DNA of 62,890 nucleotides, filler included, from It is 9 parts of 9 records of this genome, joined end to end, with 100 filler letters (N's around TTAATTAATTAA, not from the genome) between each part and the next. Parts side by side here need not be neighbours in the genome. Positions count along the whole stretch, not along the records: positions 51,404 to 58,533 come from SRR15195285_525; positions 58,634 to 62,890 come from SRR15195285_532; 7 more parts are not named here. One strand, 5' to 3'. Shown piece by piece: positions 55,366 to 62,890 of this stretch (position 1 is its first letter; each line of letters starts with the position of its first letter). The notes under the pieces were generated by a model. It saw only the letters and a program-made list of their open reading frames with translations, ran no database searches and was not told where the DNA came from. The position numbers and the translations under genes were made by a program.

Positions 55366-57948
55366 TTATCTCTCAGTCTCTTCGCCCTCTTCCGACAATT
55401 CAGCAACGTGCCCTTGCCCAGTTGGAAGCCAACCACTGTCGCTCTTTTGGCCTGCAGAGACTGTGCCATCGTGTGCAATCGTTTCCGATCGTGAAGAATC
55501 CGTGGCGCCACTCCTTACGCTGGGGGTCCCGCCGCCAGCAGCGCGTTGAATCGACTGGATGCGTGGCGAGTGGGTTTCAATTGCCTTGACCCATTCGCGC
55601 ATGTCTTCCACACTTTCCGTCCTGAGTGTGTAAGGTGCACGCTGAGAGTTGGCCATTACTACGACAAACTCAGTGGAGCCTGGGTCACGTTGCACTGCGA
55701 TGACATTTTTCAGCGCCAGCTGACCGAGCTGTGCGTGCGCTCGGGTGTCTGCTGCGGTCCGAAAGTAGCGCAGATGTGTGCGTGTCAGCTGAAAAAACCG
55801 CTGTTGCCACAGCAGCCCTAGGCCATCTGGACGTTGCTTGCTGATGATGCCTGATTTAATGGTCTCTTGTGCAGTGATTGACGATCCCCGTCGTGGCTGT
55901 ATGTATGTACTTCCATCTCCGAACTGGCTGGCGTGTTCATCCGCGGCTTTCTGTGATGTCACGGTGAAGTACACCTCTGAATTGTCTTCCTGATCATCAT
56001 CATCCTTCGTGACAAAATATGTGTCGCTACCGTCATTTGTTCTACCTGCAGCAGCATATGCAGACTGCCCATTTGCTAGAATAGCAGTTGGGCCGCGATG
56101 TGTCGCCGATGTTTGCTGTCCAGCCAGCTTCTCCACTTCAACGTCACAGTGTCGGCCACGATCACCGTTGGTTATGCCATTGACCCAGCGCAAATGGATC
56201 TGAGTCGGCGCCCCAGTCCCTTCGCCCCGAGTATCGTACGAAACCTCTGCCTCAGTGCCTCCCATCCAGCGTAATCGCGATACAGATGCAACGATTGCTT
56301 CTGTATGTGGTTGGATCGTGGCTGGTGGCTTGCAATTTCGGTGCCACAGACCTGTCACAATCCGATGCGAGACGAGATGCAAGCTCACATCTGTGGCGTT
56401 GGTGATGTGCACTATTGTCGAGCGGAAGTACACCCCCAGCTCCTTCCGTAGCTGTACGGCATCTTCGTCTGCGACGGTCTTGATCTCGATATGAGCTGAA
56501 GGGGCCCTGGACGCGGCTCTCAATGAGGTCACAGCACTCGATGCCCCATCATCTTCTGCGCCAATATCCGTTTGCTTGTCGGAGCTAGAGGCAGCATCGC
56601 CATGCTCTCTTGCATGTGCATTTCCGACATGCCACTTGTAGTCACTAGCGCCGTGCCTTGCTCGTCCAATCTTTTGAACCTCCGTGAGCACGTCCGATAT
56701 CCATGGATCGCGCTGCCACTCCCTTCCTTCCTGCCCTGATTTCAGCTCCTGCTCCACCAGTTCATTTTCACTGTACATCCGCCAACCCTTTTCTAAGATG
56801 CTTTCAGTCTTAGCTGCTTTTGCAGTGGCCTCTGCAGCACGCACGACTGTCGCGACGTCAGGGCAGTGGCGGCGAGCGAGTGCCTCCTCCACCGCTGCTT
56901 GCTCCAACAGTGTGTCCTCGGTGAGCTGAGGCGCGGCTTCATCTACGCCGAGTGTCACCGACGCCTGCTCAAAGTTCACCAATGCCCGAAGCTGCTTTGC
57001 GAGCGACGATCGCAGCTTCTTGGCCCATGGTCGCGAGTACACCCCCGACTTTTTCTTGGTCAACACGCGCTCTTGCAACTCAATCCCAACAATTAGTAAG
57101 CTGGTGACGCAGATTGCAAAGAAGAATGGCGCGCCCGCATCAGGGATCTTCTGGCGCAGCTCGAACCGCATGTGGATCAGGATTGTGGCCGAAAAGAACA
57201 CAGTAATCACACCGCAGGTGAATCCGTGTAGCGAGATTGCCGCGACAGTGCCGCAGTGCCGGGAGAACCAGCGACGGAAGAAGTCGCGAAGCATCGCTGC
57301 ATCATGCACGTCGTCCTTGCCGCGGCGGTCACGCCATGCCTTCTCAAGATGCATCTCCACCTGCATGACACCGGCCGTGTACTGGTTGAGGCGGCGCGTC
57401 GCAATAAAGTTGCACCAGAGTGACACTGAGAGCAAGAAAACCCCAAGACCACAGGTAGCGGAGTAGGCCCAGGTCAGGCGTGGCCATCGCATCGAGCCGC
57501 GAGTCTCATCCCAAGGCAGTTCGGCAACGTAGCTGAGCTGAATTGCACATGTAAGCATGACAGCCTGGGAGACCATCAGTGCGTTTAGGCGATTGTTCTT
57601 CTGGTCAAACTCGTCGCGCAGTCCCTCCCGGATCTCAGCGTGCATGGCGATGTCGCGGCTGACACGGTGTTGCAGCCGAGCCTGCAAGATTTCGCGCCGA
57701 TGTTCCTTGTCACTCTGGTAGAACGCCGCCTCGCCCTGTGCGTACCCCTGGCTGTGGTGGCGCTCAGACTGTGCGTACGCCTCACCGTGGTGCGCCACAG
57801 CCTCTGTGTAGTCGGCGTAGAAGAACCGCTTGTCCTGTTGGAACGCCTCCTTGTGGATCTTCATCGCATGCGTGATCTCCGTCGCCCCCATCCCTGCCGT
57901 CGCCCATGCCGCCGCAGCGCCGATCCCGCCCAAGACCGAAACCATCAC
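55366..57948 (-). CDS. Orai-like 4TM channel fused to an aegerolysin-like beta-sandwich and a C-terminal PH domain (860 aa)
   Basis: Four hydrophobic helices at ~57600-57075, TM1 RLNALMVSQAVMLTCAIQLSYVAE. Aegerolysin-like RSTIVHITNAT..GLW..PPATI..GTEAEVSY..LRWVN at ~56430-55960. PH KSGIISKQ..WQQRFFQL..LRYF..EWVKAI at ~55860-55575. Confidence 0.8.
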   Translation of the reverse strand: MMVSVLGGIGAAAAWATAGMGATEITHAMKIHKEAFQQDKRFFYADYTEAVAHHGEAYAQSERHHSQGYAQGEAAFYQSDKEHRREILQARLQHRVSRDIAMHAEIREGLRDEFDQKNNRLNALMVSQAVMLTCAIQLSYVAELPWDETRGSMRWPRLTWAYSATCGLGVFLLSVSLWCNFIATRRLNQYTAGVMQVEMHLEKAWRDRRGKDDVHDAAMLRDFFRRWFSRHCGTVAAISLHGFTCGVITVFFSATILIHMRFELRQKIPDAGAPFFFAICVTSLLIVGIELQERVLTKKKSGVYSRPWAKKLRSSLAKQLRALVNFEQASVTLGVDEAAPQLTEDTLLEQAAVEEALARRHCPDVATVVRAAEATAKAAKTESILEKGWRMYSENELVEQELKSGQEGREWQRDPWISDVLTEVQKIGRARHGASDYKWHVGNAHAREHGDAASSSDKQTDIGAEDDGASSAVTSLRAASRAPSAHIEIKTVADEDAVQLRKELGVYFRSTIVHITNATDVSLHLVSHRIVTGLWHRNCKPPATIQPHTEAIVASVSRLRWMGGTEAEVSYDTRGEGTGAPTQIHLRWVNGITNGDRGRHCDVEVEKLAGQQTSATHRGPTAILANGQSAYAAAGRTNDGSDTYFVTKDDDDQEDNSEVYFTVTSQKAADEHASQFGDGSTYIQPRRGSSITAQETIKSGIISKQRPDGLGLLWQQRFFQLTRTHLRYFRTAADTRAHAQLGQLALKNVIAVQRDPGSTEFVVVMANSQRAPYTLRTESVEDMREWVKAIETHSPRIQSIQRAAGGGTPSVRSGATDSSRSETIAHDGTVSAGQKSDSGWLPTGQGHVAELSEEGEETER

Positions 57949-58533
57949 AGCGCTCCGCGACGAATGAACCCCTTCCCGCCCTCACGTCAGCGCCTATCTC
58001 TTGATCAGTAGGCAGCCGCCCGCCGTCCGTCCGTCTTGTGAAGCAGCTGTCCGTGGGCTAAATATCTGTCCGTGGTAGCGGGAGCAGCGGCCATCGTCAT
58101 CGTCATCGAAGAGCGCCCTCACAGGCTGGGTCGGAATTCTGTCCACAGACGGAGTCAGAATTATAAGGATTTCAGTAGTGATCTTCGATGAATTGCCGCA
58201 ATTCGAGGTGGTCAACGGAGTGAACGGTATTTATCAGTGGGTTCTCGATATACCTTGCGAATCCAACCCAGCGCCTGCGGCGGACCGCTCAATCGCCTCA
58301 CGTGAGAGATCGATGCTAGTTCATGCAAAATCAAGCGCCGTGACTGATTGTTTTACAATTAATTTCCAGTTTGTTCTGGTAAATAGTACTATTCTGAAGA
58401 CCCCGTTTAGGGGCTTGACCCAACTCGTCGCAGCCGCTACTAGTATGTGAGAATCGACCTGGTGAGGTCATGCAAAAAGCAAAATCACAGCGAGAGCTCG
58501 GCATGTTAGGGTAGGATCACACTATCCGGCGAG

Positions 58534-58633
58534 NNNNNNNNNNNNNNNNNNNNNNNNNNNNNNNNNNNNNNNNNNNNTTAATTAATTAANNNNNNNNNNN
58601 NNNNNNNNNNNNNNNNNNNNNNNNNNNNNNNNN
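58534..58633. other. Artificial contig linker
   Basis: N44-TTAATTAATTAA-N44. Confidence 0.98.
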
Positions 58634-58979
58634 AATAGCCGGCGCATGGGTTGGAAATGCAAATGTCGCTAGGATAAGTCGGCTCTCATTCAGTCGAGTC
58701 AGGTCCTCCAAGACGGAGTCGTCGTCCATCCCGTCACATGATGGACATGATCCGTCACGGCGCGGCCGGTGACGGCGGTCGGCGGATCAAGAAAACACGC
58801 AGGGAGCACACAGGGAGCCGCCGACGGGGGACGCTGCGTGGCTGGTTGCGTCCGTCACTAGCTCGGGCTCCGCCACACAAGTCTGAGTCCGGCCAATCAA
58901 GCCGCTAGAGAGCGTCGCCGTCGAAGGAGTCTCGCAAGTGCACTCGAGGAAGGCTGGCTCCTGGGCGCTGGCCCTGGGC

Positions 58980-60767
58980 ATGCCTGCTATGGCGTGGCGG
59001 GCCGCGCTGCTGGTGCTCTCGCTGTCAATCCAGGCGGCAACAGTGCAGGCTGCAGACCTCTACTGCGGCGATCAGAACTGCTATGAGGTGCTCGGCCTGC
59101 TGAATCCAATCGATGCTGCGAGCGAGGAGGACCGCCCGACGGAGCGTGACATCAAGAAGGCGTACAGGAAGCTGTCGATGGTGTGGCACCCGGATAAGAA
59201 TCAAGAGGAAGGCGCTGAAGAAAAGTTCGTGGAGATCGCCAACGCATATGAGGTGCTGTCAGACGAGAGCAAGCGTGCCGACTACGACTACGCGCTGGAG
59301 CACCCTGATGCTGTGTTCTACAAGTGAGATGCCGCCCTGCTCGCGAATCAGGCACCCATCTGAACACCCTTGCTTGGAGCTGACTCTCGGCTTGCTCGCA
59401 GCAATATGCAAATGTACCGACATGCTTACGCACAAAAGACCGACTTGCGGTATGTGCTGGCATTCATATTGCTGGCCGCATCTGGTGTGCAGTTTTACGC
59501 CCAGCATTCCAAGTATGAGCTGCTCATCCAGGCTGTGATCAACACTCCCACTTTCAAGTCGGTGGTAAAAGCAGACCTCAGGGGGGATTCGGCGGTTGAT
59601 ACGGAGGCGGCGCTGCGTGATCGCGCTATTCAGCAACTGGCGTCAAACGCTGAGACCATGGACGCAGCTCCCAGTGTGCTCAAAACTCCAGTTGTGACGC
59701 TGGCCTGCCTGCCATACACTCTGTCAGTGTGGATCAAGGGCCTCCCTGAGCGTCGGGCAGCGGCTCAGGCGGCTGCAGAAAGTGCCGCAGCCCAAGCGGC
59801 CGCGGCCGCCCAAGCTGAGCAGCAGGCTGCAGCGGCAGCCGCTGAGCGCAAGGCAGCGCGGCGCGCGGCGATGCAAGCGTTGAAGGACGCGGAAGAAGCA
59901 AAGGAGAAGGCATGGGCGGAAAAGGCCGGGGCTGTGGAAGCAAAGGCAGCAGCAGAGCGTGCTGCGGAGAAAAGGGCGCGCGACGAGGAGAAAACTGCAG
60001 CGAAAAGTGCTCGGAGGGCACTGCGGAAATTGTGTGAAGCAAACGCGACCATCGTGGCTGATCAGGCGTTGGCGACAGACGGCGTCGAGTTTGTGTGTAG
60101 CATGGGAAACTCTACCGCGCTGTATTCATTGATCGAGAAGATGGATACTGCGGCAGATGAAGCTGCTGCACACGCGCGGTTTGCCGCGACGGTCAAAGAG
60201 ATGGAGGAGGCTGCCGTGGCAGAAGCGCGGCGACGATCAGCGGACGCAAAGGCACGAGAGGCCAAAAAGCTTGCAGAGGTAGCCGCTCGCTCAGAGTTCA
60301 ACGAGGAGGAGCTACGACTGCTGACACAAGCTCTCAAAAAGTTTCCTGGCGGCACTCTGAATCGCTGGGACAAGATTGCAGACCATGTCGGGACTCGGAA
60401 TGCGTCAGAGGTGGCTAACCAGACAAAAAGAATGCACGAAAAGTTTGCAACGGGGAAGGGTCCAAGTGACGCGGGAGCGATCCAGCGCGCAGCGGCGACT
60501 GCCGCGCTTGCGAAGAAAAACGGCCAGGGATTGAGCGAGGCGGCACGGTTAGGAGCTGCTGCAGCATCTGGAGCAAATGTAGCTCCTTGGTCGGAGAGCG
60601 AGCAGCGTGTGCTAGAGTCTGGGCTGAAGGAGTTCCCATCTAGTCTGAAGGATCAGCGCTGGGTCAAGATCTCAGCCACACTTCCTGGACGATCACCAGA
60701 GGAGTGTAAAAAGCGATTCAAAGCGCTCGCCAAAGCGGTCAAAGAGAAAAAGGCTAAGATGCAGTGA
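58980..60767 (+). CDS. ER-type DnaJ protein (DNAJC25-like N-terminus) with coiled coil and two SANT/Myb repeats; intron 59324-59401
   Basis: Signal peptide; [28 protein letters not shown]. Intron AA|GTGAGA..CGCAG|C joins the two ORFs. TM helix; SANT motifs [21 protein letters not shown] and [27 protein letters not shown]. Confidence 0.9.
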
Positions 60768-60848
60768 GATGCAAGGTGTCACGGTGGATAAAATTCCAAT
60801 ACCGGCGCATGGCCGTGTAACACTCTCACGCACGTGCCCGACACATCA

Positions 60849-62890
60849 TCACTGGCAAAGCACATTCAGACTACTATCGTCGTATCCGGCAGCCGTGCCA
60901 CAATACTGTGTCCATCCAGTGACCGGTGGGATAGCTGGTACAGCATCTTCTACCGCTCCTAGCGCAAACGCGGCAGAAGAATCCTGGTCTTGGTCTACTA
61001 GCCAGCGGCGATTCGCAGAGTCATAGTATACCCAGCGGCTTAGAGACCCTTTCCGATATACCGCCTGGCCCGACTGGACTGCATTTGGAACACGTGTGTA
61101 TACACCTTGGATCGCTCCGAGGCGACATCCACCACTTAAAGAAAGGCTCGCGCATCCGCTTGAAGTCTGTGATGGCGATGGTGGCGGCGGCAACGGTGGC
61201 GGCGGTGGTGGCGGCGGCGATGACGGTGAGTCGCAGTACGAAAACACAGCATTGGGGCTGTCATCGAATCTGCCACTGCCAGCCACACAATAGAGCCACC
61301 ACCCTTGTCGAGGAGGAAACTGTGAGGCGCTGTCAACATAGCCAAGGTACGCATCTGGTAATAGATCACTGTCAAGCAACCAACGGGACCAGCCTGCATT
61401 GGACGTGTAGTGGTATATATGAAGCACGGCAGGAGATCTGCGTATGTAATGAGGTCTGCCATTGCGGTCTGCGTCTCTCTGAAACATGCCGTTGAATTGA
61501 GCTCGAGGGCACCCGCCAGACCCAGTCAGTGTGCAGTGATCATCATAGCCGCAGAAGCCATCATCAAGGTGTGCGTCTTCTTGGAAGTTTGTTGCTGCCG
61601 GATCGGTGCAACCTACTGCATGGGAACATGGCGCAACGTTCAAGTGTAGCTCAGAGAACTGTTCAGCAGCTTCGCAGTATACAAACCAGCTGCCAGTTGC
61701 AGGGTGTGCAGATTGCGTGCGGCTGAGCGCCCAGTACGTGCACGGCTCAGTGTCCGGGTCAATATACCACGTGGAGTGTGACTCTGACCAGTATAAATGT
61801 CTCGTCCCGGTGGTGTAGTGCACGCGCCCATCAATCATTGGGGTTTCTGTTGAAATCCTGTAAGCACCCGTAACGTGTTGTGTGCAGTCAGCGTCGCTTG
61901 AGATTAGCAACACCGCACAATCTTCAGTGCTATACTCGCACGAGCCGTCGTCTTCGTCTGCGGACGATGCATAGTTGGTTGCCAGTGGGTCGGTACATCC
62001 CATTGAACGCCCAGCATGACAGTTCTCCACCTGGCTCAACCCTACTCGGTTGTAGTCAGGACGCGTATCAAACACTATGTATCGCTGGCTGAAAAAGTTG
62101 TCGCCCAAAATGCTGCCATATCTGAGGGTGCCGCTAGTCGGTGACCCAATGGCTGACATGGGCTTGATATTCAAACACAAACTATCGCCACTCCTCCATA
62201 TCGTATACTCACGAGGACTGAAGTCGATTGTGAACAGTTCGTGGTGCTCGTCGAGAAAGTCGAGTGATATCACCGGCAATGTTTCCAGGTCGAATTGGCA
62301 GCTACTTACAATCATGCAACGGTTCGGACTCGACCACAGCTCCACATAAGCTGGGGCTGCTGTCGTGGCAGCCCGAATCAACTTGCTGAACACAGCGTCA
62401 CTGAACACGCAGTTTGAAGCACCGGAGTCTACAAGGATGCTCCCCCAATCTGCAGCATAAATGTCTGCTGCTGTGGCTCCTACACGGACAGTGCTAGGGC
62501 CGTCAATAATGAAGTCTGCCGCATCCACCAAGGAGATATAATGTATACTTTGTCCAAGCGCCTTGTGCTGGTCAATGTGACCAATGTCGAAACTATTGCT
62601 TCCCCCAAGGCTCGCACTGCCAGCGCAAAGCGCAAATATTGCATCTAGCCCATTGGTGGCGCAAAACGCGTCTAAAACAGACGGCTGACAGGTGGGCTTG
62701 CAGTTGCGCGCGCTAGAACCCAAGCCCCATATTCCATCTGCCGGTGCAGCTTTCCAGTAGGCGCTAGTAGCCCCACGTTGCACATCAAAGCTCTCGAACG
62801 CCCCAAACGACGTTACTGTCGACATCCAGTCACCTCCAATCCTGACGACGTCGCGCGCAAGCATGGCGCATGCAGACTCGCCAGGCCGTT
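60849..62890 (-). CDS. Pepsin-like (A1) aspartic protease, 5'-partial, with C-terminal GCTDP repeats, three repeated Trp-rich modules and a poly-Pro linker
   Basis: DGIWGLG; second catalytic motif ILVDSGAS (62429-62421); SILGDNFFSQRYIVFD..RVGL. The first DTG motif lies beyond the window end. Confidence 0.85.
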   Translation of the reverse strand, partial: RPGESACAMLARDVVRIGGDWMSTVTSFGAFESFDVQRGATSAYWKAAPADGIWGLGSSARNCKPTCQPSVLDAFCATNGLDAIFALCAGSASLGGSNSFDIGHIDQHKALGQSIHYISLVDAADFIIDGPSTVRVGATAADIYAADWGSILVDSGASNCVFSDAVFSKLIRAATTAAPAYVELWSSPNRCMIVSSCQFDLETLPVISLDFLDEHHELFTIDFSPREYTIWRSGDSLCLNIKPMSAIGSPTSGTLRYGSILGDNFFSQRYIVFDTRPDYNRVGLSQVENCHAGRSMGCTDPLATNYASSADEDDGSCEYSTEDCAVLLISSDADCTQHVTGAYRISTETPMIDGRVHYTTGTRHLYWSESHSTWYIDPDTEPCTYWALSRTQSAHPATGSWFVYCEAAEQFSELHLNVAPCSHAVGCTDPAATNFQEDAHLDDGFCGYDDHCTLTGSGGCPRAQFNGMFQRDADRNGRPHYIRRSPAVLHIYHYTSNAGWSRWLLDSDLLPDAYLGYVDSASQFPPRQGWWLYCVAGSGRFDDSPNAVFSYCDSPSSPPPPPPPPLPPPPSPSQTSSGCASLSLSGGCRLGAIQGVYTRVPNAVQSGQAVYRKGSLSRWVYYDSANRRWLVDQDQDSSAAFALGAVEDAVPAIPPVTGWTQYCGTAAGYDDSSLNVLCQ

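Noticed and set aside
32906-58533. Apparent cluster of Ca2+ genes (K+ channel, IP3R, Orai-like)
   Set aside because: They lie on three separate contigs joined artificially, so linkage cannot be claimed
7662-58633. Eight regularly recurring TTAATTAATTAA palindromes flanked by N runs
   Set aside because: Identical 100-bp synthetic six-frame-stop spacers; not biological repeats, PacI arrays or CRISPR repeats
1-62890. rRNA, tRNA, CRISPR arrays, transposases
   Set aside because: None recognised by eye; tRNAscan/Infernal and a repeat-library search would be needed to exclude them formally

Overview
This is not one chromosome segment. It is 9 unrelated contigs (1-7661, 7762-15288, 15389-23431, 23532-28930, 29031-32805, 32906-39365, 39466-51303, 51404-58533, 58634-62890) joined by eight identical 100-bp artificial linkers (N44-TTAATTAATTAA-N44). 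The DNA is eukaryotic: GC-rich, gene-dense, with short GT-AG introns (donors GTGCGT/GTACGC/GTGAG, branch-like CTGAC/CTAAC), probably a protist SAG/MAG. About 14 genes can be read by hand: (1) a multipass membrane receptor with a Cys-rich ectodomain, an intron-split TIR domain retaining the catalytic Glu, a SAM domain and EF-hands; (2) a giant EGF/C-type lectin/filamin-Ig surface protein; (3) a giant tail-fibre-like beta-repeat protein with discoidin and FG-GAP modules; (4) an ANKIB1-like ankyrin-RBR-Ariadne E3 ligase; (5) a small homeodomain-like protein; (6) a fibre protein with a peptidase S74/ICA chaperone; (7) an EF-hand/IQ/TPR/ankyrin protein; (8) a CNBD-family K+ channel with EF-hands inserted before the CNBD; (9) a divergent IP3R/RyR-family channel; (10) a GH43-like fragment; (11) a single-TM coiled-coil/SAP/EF-hand protein; (12) an Orai-like 4TM channel fused to aegerolysin-like and PH domains; (13) a DNAJC25-like J protein with SANT repeats; (14) a pepsin-like protease with C-terminal repeats. 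The best novelty candidates are the TIR-SAM-EF receptor, the Orai-aegerolysin-PH fusion, the EF-inserted K+ channel and the phage-tail-fibre-like proteins. All domain calls come from motifs read by eye; no database searches were run.
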